A stretch of 32,000 nucleotides of DNA, taken from NCBI GenBank assembly GCA_054661495.1, contig BAAFSQ010000088.1:4416-36415 (forward strand), read 5' to 3'. Origin of the DNA: Zygophlyctis sp. KS116 (Eukaryota; Fungi; Chytridiomycota). The position numbers were made by a program, and so were the translations under genes. Under the pieces are notes generated by a model that was not told the origin of the DNA, did no database searches, and worked only from the letters and a program-made list of their open reading frames with translations. Position 1 is the stretch's first letter. The number at the start of each line of letters is the position of its first letter. Below are positions 19,879 to 32,000 of the stretch, piece by piece.

Positions 19879-20966
19879 AGTTTTATCCAAATTGTATCAC
19901 CATTTTCAATTTCTAGACTTTGCAAGGATTCAGTAAAATCAAAAGCCTCAAATTTTTGCTTATGTTTCCCATCCTCTGTCTCATACGGAACCAATCTTCC
20001 TAACTTAAATGGTTGAACATTTCCCAGCGCAGCATCAAAAGCTGGCTTTGATTCTGACTGTCCGATTTGTAATTGTTTAATCGCAAAAAAATCTTGAGAA
20101 ATTTGTCTTTTCAACATATCTACAGACATATCCAGGGTGGGAACCATGATAGTAGCCCCATCAGACTTTTTAAGTTTACCACCTTCTTTATCTGCGTTTG
20201 AAGAATGTATTCTCAAGTGAATAAATATAACCTCCTATTTTTTAGATTTCCAAAATACCTCTTTATCAATAGGATCAACGGATGCCCGATTAATATAGTA
20301 TTTACTTTTAAGAGTCGGATCTAATGCTTGCCTTAAAATTGCATTTGTTTCTAGTTCTAGAGTATTGCTTGTTTTTTCGGACACCGAGCCAAATGTTTCG
20401 TAAATTTCATCCATATTTTGAAGCACTAATTTTTTAATTTCAATTATTTACATAATTCTTCCATATCTGCATGATGAGTTGCCAATTCCGAGTACCTCTT
20501 TGATTGTGATAAAACAGTATCATCCAACTGTCCGATATTTGCGTTTGCCAGACCTTTAACTGATTCAATCTGAGCTTGATGAATTCTATTATTTGAAAAC
20601 ATCAACTGTGCTTGTGAACCAATCATTACAGATCGTGAAAAGTTCTTATCACTTACCGATCTATACAATGCAATTTGTTGAGCAATCATTTTAGCCTTTG
20701 GTAAATCTAATATTCAATAAGAGTATAATACCTCCTTTACTAGCAAAGCTTTTAAGTTGAATCATCTAAATAATTAATGTTCAAACTTTTACTAAAGATT
20801 TTTCAGATCGATCTAAATTCGTACGATCTCTCTTCAAGTCTCGTTGACACGCTGTAGCATTCCTTTTAACATACTTTAATCGATCTGCTCGATCGTTTAG
20901 AGTTTTACTTTTGGCAGGAGTATTTTTAGTTAATTGCCAAGATGTCCAATCCATCATTGACTGCAT
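19875..20966 (-). CDS. ESCRT-III (Snf7 family, CHMP2/Vps2-Vps24 class) domain fused to a C-terminal ubiquitin-like domain
   Basis: QRDLKRDRTNLDRSEKSLMIQLKSFASKGDLPKAKMIAQQIALYR matches CHMP2 helices 1-2. C-terminal LDMSVDMLKRQI...SLQSLEIENGDTIWIKL. Introns 20766-20792, 20707-20731, 20426-20451, 20235-20258. Confidence 0.75.
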
Positions 20967-21049
20967 GTTTAGTTTCCGAATAGAATGACATAAGCCGGGG
21001 TATTTTGTAGTTATTTTTGCATTTGCACGCACAAAGTTTGCCGTTTAGC

Positions 21050-23437
21050 ATGTTTAAACGACCAAGGCCTCTTCAAAATCTACCAGATGCAAAAGACTTG
21101 TTAGTTGATGACTTTGGTAGAAGAGTAACATATTCTGATTTTACGACGATTGACTGGATTCATGATAATACAAAAGAACGAGTAAGACAGAGAGCATTGG
21201 CAAAGATAACTGGAATACGTGGAATTCTATTAAGAGTATGGGATGCTTCAATAGCATGGATTGCGGTTTTGTTGATTGGTATGCAGTCTATTTAATGCGC
21301 TAGGAGCAATTACAGGATTAATAGCGGGATATATTGATATATCCGCTGAATGGTTGTCCGATATTAAGGAAGGATACTGTTCTGATGGATTTTATTTGAA
21401 ATATAAGTTTTGCTGTCAGTACAGGGAAGATAATTGTCCTGAATGGGTTTCATGGGATCAAAGTTGGATAGTAGGATATTTTTTATATACAGGTTTGGCT
21501 GTTATTTTTGGGCTTTTAAGTGCAGTCTTTGTTTATCAATACGCTCCTTATGCAGCTGGATCTGGAATTCCAGAAGTGATTAAACTTTGAAATAAATTGT
21601 AGGTAAAGACTATTCTTGGTGGATTTGTGATTCGAAACTTTTTAAGTCTTTCAACTCTATTGATCAAAGTAGTCAGCTTGATTCTTTCTGTTGCGTCTGG
21701 TATGGCTTTGGGAAAAGAAGGTCCGCTAGTACACGTTGCGTGTTGTATTGGACAGATTATACCGTCTTTCTTTAGAAAATACTCAAATAATGAAGCTAAA
21801 AAGAGGGAAATGTTGAGTGTAGCATCTGCAACAGGTGTAAGTGTAGCTTTTGGGGCGCCAATTGGAGGAGTAAACAGTATTCTTTAATTTTCCAGGTTTT
21901 GTTTTCACTAGAAGAAGTCTCATACTATTTTCCTTATAAGACAATGTGGAGGTCATTTATTGCAGCTATGATAGGAGCTCTTTCACTTCAGTTGGTTAAT
22001 CCTTTTCGTAGTGGGAAATTGGTGCTGTTTCAGGTCTCATATCATCGTAATTGGAATACGTTTGAGCTTCCCTTTTTTGTATTCATTGGAGTTATGGGAG
22101 GCATTTATGGGACATTTTTTATCAACATGGTATCTTAAAATTGTCATAACCCCAAGAATTTGAAATATGCACGATTCAAGAAAAATTCATGGGTTAAGAA
22201 CTGGCCCATTGCAGAGGTTGCAGGCGTTGCATTTTTGACCGGAATGCTTAGTTATCCGTTTCATTTTTCGAGGTAAATGCCTTAACTCATTTTTCATTAG
22301 ATCAAATGCCTCTGAACTAGTTGCAAATCTTTTTCGCGAATGTGCTGAGGTTGAGAGGGATTTTTATGGTCTATGTAATCCAAATCAATTCTGGGTCAGT
22401 ATCATCTCATTAATAATTACGATTATAATCAAAATATTTCTAACTATAATCACGTTTGGGATCAAAGTGCCAGCTGGAATATTGTATTCTCCTGATAAAT
22501 AATAATACTTAGTATCCCATCCATGGCTATCGGAGCATCATTTGGTCGAATCGTCGGGATGATTATAGAAGCCTGGCAGCAAAAGTATCCTACATTATGG
22601 CTCTTTGCATCGTGTCAAGACAGTAGATGTGTCACCCCTGGAACCTACGCTATGGTTGGAGCTGCAGCCTCGCTTGCAGGAATCACTAGGATGGCTGTTT
22701 CTCTTACTGTGATAATGTTTGAATTGACAGGGGCATTTTCTTATGTTTTGCCGATTATGTTGACGGTTATGGTGGCTAATTGGGTCGGCAACGCTTTAGA
22801 AAAAAGAGGGTATTTTTGAATCAAAGTAACAAAAAAGAATATATGATGGGCTTATTCAACTAAATGACTATCCTTACTTGGATTTGAAAGAGAAATATCT
22901 TGAAGATAACACAGCAGGCGACCTTATGACGAGGGCGGAGGATATTCAACTAATTCCAGCCACTGGTCACACTATTGAGAGTCTAGGTACTTGTTAGTCT
23001 CTAATTTTATAGAGATTATGCTCTCTGAAAGTGAGTATCAGGGATTTCCAATTGTCTCATCACTGCAAGAAATGTATCTCGTTGGTTATGCTGGAAAAGC
23101 CGAACTATTATACGCTATCAAAGGAGCTAAGGACACTTTAATGTCCGCGAATAGCATTTGTTTATTTTCTGAAGATTCACATGTTTCAGATACGGATGTT
23201 ACTCTGGATCTAAGACCTTGGATGGACTCAACTCCATTTACTTTACATCCAAGGTATCCCATGGGATTGGTTTTAGAAGTTTTTAAAAAATTGGGACTAA
23301 GAAGCGTACTAATAACGCGCAGAGGGAAGTTATGCGGACTGATCACGAAAAAAGATTTGCTCCATCATCTCAACTGTCTAAATGATCCCACGGGAAGATA
23401 TAGTCCAGTCGGTGTATGGGATAGAGAAACTGGTTAA
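21050..23437 (+). CDS. CLC chloride/proton antiporter (CLC-3/Gef1 type) with CBS domains
   Basis: FTTIDW, GSGIPE, GKEGP (gating Glu), GVLFSLEE (proton Glu), PAGIFIP, C-terminal CBS pair. Eight introns of 25-29 nt (21279, 21576, 21870, 22130, 22273, 22484, 22810, 22987). Confidence 0.95.
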
Positions 23438-23540
23438 ACCACTCAAAATTCATCAATCCACTTAAAATGCATGATTCTATATATTAATTATCCGAAAACA
23501 TATATCGAGTAAAGGAATCAGACAGACCAAGGTACGTTTG

Positions 23541-25758
23541 TTATCTTCTCTTTTTATGTCGACTTTTGCTCTTGTTCTTTGACTTGAATTTCGGGCTAGA
23601 TTTCTTATCTTTAACAGAGGAGTTTCCTACTGAAGGCTTTTTCCGGTTATCAACTTCTCGGTCGAATGAGCCTTGTTTGGTAGTTGACTTTTTCTTTGGG
23701 GTCTCTTTTGCACTTGATTCAGATATTTTTAATATTTTTTTTGGTTTCAAACTTATTTTCGAAGATCTCGCGGCTGCCTTTTGAGATACCATTTCTTTAG
23801 AATCTTCCTCGACTGCTAGTCTGCGTCTTTTTTGCTTACGACTAAGGCCATCTAATTTTCCTCGTTTCAGTTGTTTAGTTTGTGAGTTATTAGAATTTTC
23901 TACCATACCAAAATCAAGCTTATGTTTGGCTGAACCAAGAGCTAAAAGATTATAATAAATATTTTTTACCTTTTGATTCAGCCTTACCAGATTCACTCTG
24001 GAACCATATTCTTGCAGGGCGGCTTTTTATCTCATTTTCATGAATAATCAGATTTTCAGCTTTGCTGGCTTCCATATCAGCTATTCTGAATTCTTTTTGC
24101 TCCTTTTCTTCAGAAAACACTTCTTTGATCTTGCCCTCCAAACTTTTAATTTTACCCTGGAACTTTTCAATTACCGACGATGGCATGACTCTACTTTTAA
24201 TCTGATCCTTTGAATTCTTAATTGCAAGTTTTAAAACATTTCTATCATCTTCCCCGACAAAACTAACGGCTCTTCCTGACTTTGAAGCACGAGCAGTTCG
24301 TCCAACTCTGTGAACATATTGCGAGTAGTTACGGGGCATTTCATAATTAATGACAGTTTTGATTCCAGAAATATCCAATCCACGAGAAGCCAAATCTGTA
24401 GCTAGCAAGAAATCTACTTTTTTCTCTCTAAACAGTTCTAATGACTCCAAACGCTGCACCTGAGTTAGATTTCCATGCAGCTCTGCCGATTTCAAACCCA
24501 AAAGTTTAAAAACAATATTCATGTAATGTGCAGCAGATTTTGATTTAAAAAAGATGATTGCTTCGCTAGTGTAAGTACGTGAGCAGAGAGCAACTAGTAG
24601 TGCTGCACGACTATCTTCTCTGTGCGCACGGACTCTTATAAACTCTTGCAGTAGTCTCTTTGCCATTGATGATTGATTATCAACAAATAGACGAACAGGT
24701 CGATTAAGAGATAATTTAATAAGGTCATCGACATTATCTGTCATAGTAGCAGAAAAGAGCATAGTTTGCCTAGATTTTGGCGTATGCTTTATAATTTCAT
24801 TCAATTCATCTGCAAATCCATCTTCCAACATTCTATCAGCTTCATCCATAATTAAAATTTCAATACTATCAAGATTAAAGCTCTGAGAATTGTGAATATG
24901 ATCAATCAATCTTCCAGGAGTTGCAATAATGACGTCTGGCCTTTTCTTCAATTCTAGTTCCTGGGTTTTTGAAGAAAGACCACCGACAGTTAGACAAAAT
25001 TCAATATCTGTATATTTTGCCAAATTCTTTGCCACATTAGCAACCTGTACTCCCAATTCTCTAGTAGGAACCAGAATCAAAACTCTAGATTTTGCAACAT
25101 CCTTTGCCCTAAAAAGTAATCTTTCCAAAACCGGGATAACAAAAGCAGCAGTTTTTCCAGACCCAGTGACCGCCCCACCACAAATATCTTTTCCCATCAT
25201 AGCAATAGGAATAGTCTTTGCTTGAATTGGAGTTGGTTTAACAAATCCAAGATCTGAAATACCTTTTAAAATTGATCTTGACAATCTTAAAACAGTAAAA
25301 CTATCAATCAAATCATCACCTTGATCATAAGCAGGCATTTCAAAAAACTCTTGTTTTCTTTTTTCATTGACTATATCCACTGGATCCTGTTCTTGAATAA
25401 TTTCTCTTTTTGAATCTTGCTGGTCTGATTGGATCGAATCTTGCTCATCTTCATCTTGATCATCACTTTCTTGATCATCTTCATCTTGACAATCACCTGC
25501 ATCACCTGCATCATTTTCCGATGCATCGCTTTCATCATCTTGACCAATGTCCGATGCATCACTAATTTCACTCTTTGCAGATTCCTTTTCTAGGGTTATT
25601 TGAGCACTGATCTCATTCTCCTTTTGTAGACCTTGAAAATCATCAAATTCAAAATCTTGATCCTATATTTAGCGAATGCTAATTACCATGATTGGGTCAG
25701 TCTCTGTGTCTGATAATGATGATGCATTGGAGAGTGCTTCCAGATCGATTTCGAGCAT
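23541..25758 (-). CDS. DRS1: DEAD-box RNA helicase Drs1/DDX27
   Basis: GKDICGGAVTGSGKT, PTRELG, DEAD, SAT, HRVGRTAR, EIKSRPARIWFQ. Acidic N-terminus and basic C-terminus. Introns 25663-25686 and 23942-23969. Confidence 0.93.
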
Positions 25759-25862
25759 TTTTTAGATAACCCTCAGAGTTGCAATTTCTCGCATGGACAT
25801 AGTTTGCCCTAGAGAGGTGCCCTAGAAATGTGACCTAATCAGATTGAATTAAGCTTTTTCAA

Positions 25863-26646
25863 ATGAGCGCAAGAATGCACGACCTTGTTTTTCAAGTTTT
25901 GGAGCCCGTTCTGGGACTTAAATGTACCCGCTCCGTTCAATCTTTGGATTTTGAGGATAAAGTTTGTATAGAATTACTCTTGTCTAAAATTATATCTGCT
26001 GGGATTATTGCTGGATCTTGCATTGTAAATCTTGAATTATAAAATTAGGTTAAAGTTCCTCAGATACTAAAAATACAATCTACTAAAACTACTGCTGGGC
26101 TTTCATTGTCATCTTATCTTTTACAAAATCTTGCGATATTGATTTCTCTAGCGTATAATTTTAAATCTGGAAATCCATTTTCTACTTATGGAGAAGGTGC
26201 TGCTCTTGTGATTCAGAATATGATTATAAGTGTTCTGATTGCTAAAGATACAAGGGTCTCAAATTTAGTGGTAGGTCTAGGTTTTGCTGGATTTACAATT
26301 TTGTCAAACTTTTTGCTTGATTCATCTATTCAACAATTGACTAAATTACAATGGATAAGTACTTTTATAGGATTGGGCTCTAAATTACCTCAGGTAAGTT
26401 TTATATAATATTTTACTCTAGATTTATTCTAATATTAAATTGAAAAATGTTGGATCTCAATCCATAATAACATTATTTTTGGAATTTGCAGGAACTTTGG
26501 CTAGAGTTTTTACTACTTTTGCTGAAGTTTCAGACAAACTTTTATTAGGATCTGCAATTGCTGCTGCGGCTTTAAATGGAATTTTGATGGTGCAATTCTT
26601 TATTTACTCTAAAAAGTCTGTAAAAAACAAAAAGAAGAAACAATAA
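25863..26646 (+). CDS. MPDU1: Mannose-P-dolichol utilization defect 1 (PQ-loop) protein
   Basis: GIIAGSCIVKVPQI, PFSTYGE, SKLPQI, GTLARVFTT, di-lysine tail. Introns 26025-26048 and 26394-26421. Confidence 0.9.
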
Positions 26647-26690
26647 ATCTCTTTTTTAAATTAAGAGTTTGAGTCAAGGTGCAAGAAAAA

Positions 26691-29671
26691 ATGCAGGAAT
26701 GGATTCCGTCGGCTGAAGAGATCTCTGGACTAGCGAAATTACTAGAAAATTCAATTTCATCAGATTCGGCTGTTCAGGCAACTGTTGTAAAGGTATATTA
26801 TTAATTTTTTATATTACAGCAATTGGCGACTTATAATGCAATTCCTGATTATAATCGGTATTTAGGTTATATTTTTGCTCTGGGAACTTCATATTCTTCT
26901 TCTGTTAGAGCCATTGCAGGGCTGACATTGAAAAATAATGTAAAGGATCATTACGCTCATCTGCCGCATCCAGTTGTAGAATATATTTTACACTGTTGCT
27001 TGATTGGTACGGCGGACGTTGAGTCGGTCGTGCGATCTACTGCAGGGACAATTATGACTACACTTGTTACAAAAGATTTTACTCATATTCACAAGATTTT
27101 AGGTAAATTGGTTGAAAATTTACAAGCTACAAATATACCAGTTGTAGAGGTAAGTTTTATTACTAATTTTGTAAGGGAGCGCTCTCAGCATTAAAGAAAA
27201 TTTCTGAAGATTCTGCTGTAGCATTTACAACTAGTGATCCTGCTCTTTTGGGTTTTATTATTCCTAAAATGATTTCACTCTTTAATCATGAATCTTGGAG
27301 AGTAAGAGAAGGTGCAATCTTTGTTGTGAATCAATTTTTGGCTTTAAGAGCTAATATAATTATGGGAGTACATTTTGATGCGTTCTTGGCAGCTTTATTT
27401 TCTAGAGCAAATGATAGTAATCCAGAAGTAAGAAAACGGGTTTGTCAGTCTCTTGGAATTATTTTAGATGCAAGGCCAGAGGCGATATTACAGCAACTTA
27501 ATCCTATTGTATCATTTATGTTACATGTCATGGAAACCGATGAAGAATCAATTTCTTTAGAAGCTTGTGAATTTTGGTTGTCTTTTGCAGAGCAGCCAGA
27601 GCTTAGAGATCACTTGAAAGGGCATGTTCCACAGTATTTTGATTTAATTTGACTTTTAGGCTTCTTCCGATTCTCTTAAAGCACATGGTTTATTCAGAGG
27701 ATAGTTTGTTTGCTCTTGAAGGGCTTCACGAAGATGCTTCTGTTCCTGACAAGGAAGAAAGTATTAAACCGCGTCATCATAAAGCTCGTACTGTAGCATT
27801 GGAGCACGAAGCAGAAGCAGAAACATCAAACCAACCTCAGCAAAATGATGAAGATGATGATGAGGATTATGATGAAGATGAAGACGATTTTGATACAGAA
27901 TGGACGCTAAGAAAATGTTCGGCTGCAACTTTAGATGTACTTTCAGTCACATTCTCTGAAGATTTACTCCCTCAATTGTTGCCATTGATCCAGCAATCTT
28001 TGGCAAATGGTTCTTGGGAGGTCCGTGAGGCGGGTTTACTAGCTTTGGGTGCAATAGCGGAAGGTAATTTGGAATAATCATAATCTTTTCAGGATGTTTT
28101 TATGGCATGGCTCCTCATTTACCAGCACTTTTGCCGCATTTAATTACATGTTTAAATGATCAGCATCCCTTGGTCAGATCCATAACCTGCTGGACTCTAG
28201 GGCGCTATGCTAAATGGGCATCTGATCCACCAAGAGATATAGTAACAAACGAAGAAGAGATGAACAAGCATATTGCCACATTTTTCGCACCATTATTAGA
28301 AGGGGTAATTTGAGTAAATTTTAAAAATAGCTTTTGCGAATGATGCTGGACAATAACAAGCGAGTTCAGGAAGCAGGATGTAGTGCGATTGCAACAATCG
28401 AAGAAGATGCACTGGAAAAGTTAGTCCCATACCTTGATCCAATTCTTGTTACGTTTAGCCATGCATTTGCTCGCTATCAGGTATTTTCAATGTTTTAAAT
28501 GATAGCATAAAAATCTGCTAATACTATATGACGCCGTCGGTACTTTGGCCGATTCGGTCGGAGAATCGTTACAATCAGAGAGATATGTATCACTGATTAT
28601 GCCTCCTTTAATACAGAAATGGGAAGTGATTCAGGATGATGACCGGGATCTCTTTCCCTTATTGGAGGTATATTAATCATTGATTAAGAAAAGTGTATGT
28701 CTTCTGTGGCTGTTGCCTTGGGTCCTCTGTTCGCTCCATATGCCCCTACAGTATGGCAGCGCTGCGTGAATTTAATAAAAAAAAATTTAATGCAAATTCA
28801 GGTAAATTAATGTATTTCTAACTTTCTAAGATGCATGCTCAGGACCCCAGTAATTATGAAGAGCCTGATAAAGACTTTATGGTAGTTGGTCTTGACTTAT
28901 TGAGTGGCGTAACTCAAGGTCTTGGTTCCGCAGCCGAGACTTTAGTTGTTAATATTCAACCCTCGGCCCTTCAACTCATGGCAGTCTGCATGACTGATTC
29001 ATTGGCAGATGTTCAACAAAGCGCATTTGCATTTTTGGGAGATATAGCTATATCTGCTTTTGGATTATTAAAGCCACAAATAGATCAAATTATACCAGAA
29101 GTTATTAAAGAAATCAATCCAGAAGTTCAGGCCTCACGTTCATCCGTTATAAATAATGCAATTTGGGCAACTGGAGAAATCGCTCTTAGACATCAATCTG
29201 GTATGGAACCTTTTATAGCGCCACTTATGCTTCGACTTGTACCTTTATTAAGCAACAAGCAAATCAGTCGTTCTATTCCAGAAAATGCAGCTATTACTCT
29301 TGGTCGTCTAGGCTTAGTCTGTCCTAATCAAATCGCACAGGAAGTTGGTAATTTTATCCAACCATGGTGTAGCAGTCTTCGAGCCATTAGGGATAACATG
29401 GAAAAAGAAACTGCATTTAGAGGATTAATTCGTGTATGTACAATCAATCCAGGTTCAGTTTTACCACATTTAGTTTATTTGTGCGATGCTATTCTTCACT
29501 GGCAACGACCTTCTCCTTCATTGAATGAGTTATTTAAACAGGTATTTCATAATAATTTATTATTAGACATTGATTGTGTTTCAAAACGGACTAGGCTCAC
29601 AATGGTCTGTATTGACTGCATCATGGCCAGCTCTTCTCCGACAGCGATTGAATGAAAGATATGGACTATAA
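26691..29671 (+). CDS. TNPO1: Transportin / karyopherin beta-2 (Kap104/TNPO1)
   Basis: [15 protein letters not shown], acidic H8 loop plus [49 protein letters not shown]. Nine introns of 25-29 nt. Confidence 0.95.
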
Positions 29672-29734
29672 AATATATTTTTCTTTAGAATCTTTTGTTT
29701 TTTTTAAAAAATTTACTCTCTGATTAGACGACGA

Positions 29735-31404
<1,670 letters not shown>

Positions 31405-31889
31405 GAAATAATAGAATAATAATATGATTTACTTGTTATCAGGGAATATAAACTGGCAATCGCCAATATCTATATAAGCAGCTCAGACCAATTAGAATGA
31501 TGATTTGCAACTACTGAATTAAATGAGATCAATTATCACTTTAATTAGTTAAATCGCATTTAGGAATTCATAAAATAAATTCTAGTGCTACATCTCATTA
31601 TGCATTTCTTGATTAAACAGTGGCTTCTCTCCAGACTCGTGCAAATGTATTCCTCAATGCTTGGCCGACCCTTCAATAGATTGCAGATGATTTTTCCTCG
31701 ATCGGTAAGCCCGCTATGAACCGTCTTTAGACATCATTAACCAATTTTTAGACGTTGATTCGAAACTGCAACGCCCGCCTTTATTTTCTTTTAAAAACCC
31801 CAGCAAGAGTTAACGGCCAAAATTATGATTGTGGCGAAAAGAGCTTTATTCAGCAGATTCTTTTGGGAAAAGAAGGTTAATAGAAATAA

Positions 31890-32000
31890 AAAATAAAATA
31901 TGGTTGCAATATGTTTAATTTTTGGATGATTTTTTGTAGATATAGCAAGGTAGAGTGCACCTTGGTTATCACACATAAGCGGTGTCGGCAAAGTTTGAGG
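31890..32000 (-). mobile_element. Degenerate Ty1/copia retrotransposon RNase H fragment
   Basis: PTPLMCDNQGALYLAISTKNHPKIKHI matches the copia RNase H CDNxxA..N..H.R.KHI motif. Similarity is lost straight after KHI. The element runs off the window edge. Confidence 0.75.

Noticed and set aside
1649-20980. Recurrent TCCGA/TCGGA words in several intergenic regions
   Set aside because: Too short to distinguish from chance without genome-wide statistics.
25371-25571. Met/Lys-rich ORF and GAT-rich short repeats
   Set aside because: An alternative frame of the acidic low-complexity N-terminus of DRS1.

Overview
AT-rich, extremely compact eukaryotic genomic DNA. It is most likely from a zoosporic (flagellated) fungus such as a chytrid, an inference from the fungal-type housekeeping genes together with the ciliary GTPase ARL6/BBS3. 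The ORF track is fragmented because nearly every gene is split by ultra-short GT-AG introns. I reconstructed about 62 of them by hand, all 22-33 nt, plus one 11-nt micro-exon. The left 13 kb is an accessory secreted-hydrolase region: six tandem pepsin-family (A1) aspartic proteases with different C-termini, interrupted by RFC5 and an intronless HNH-nuclease gene, then a secreted, probably GPI-anchored GH1 glycosidase. The rest is densely packed housekeeping genes (SDHAF4, MRPL47, SPC25, ARL6, RNF5-like, CLC, DRS1, MPDU1, transportin, HisRS), two unknown proteins and a Ty1/copia remnant at the right edge. The most novel-looking item is a spliced gene that fuses a CHMP2/Vps2-class ESCRT-III domain to a C-terminal ubiquitin-like domain. 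All gene models are manual and have no transcript support.
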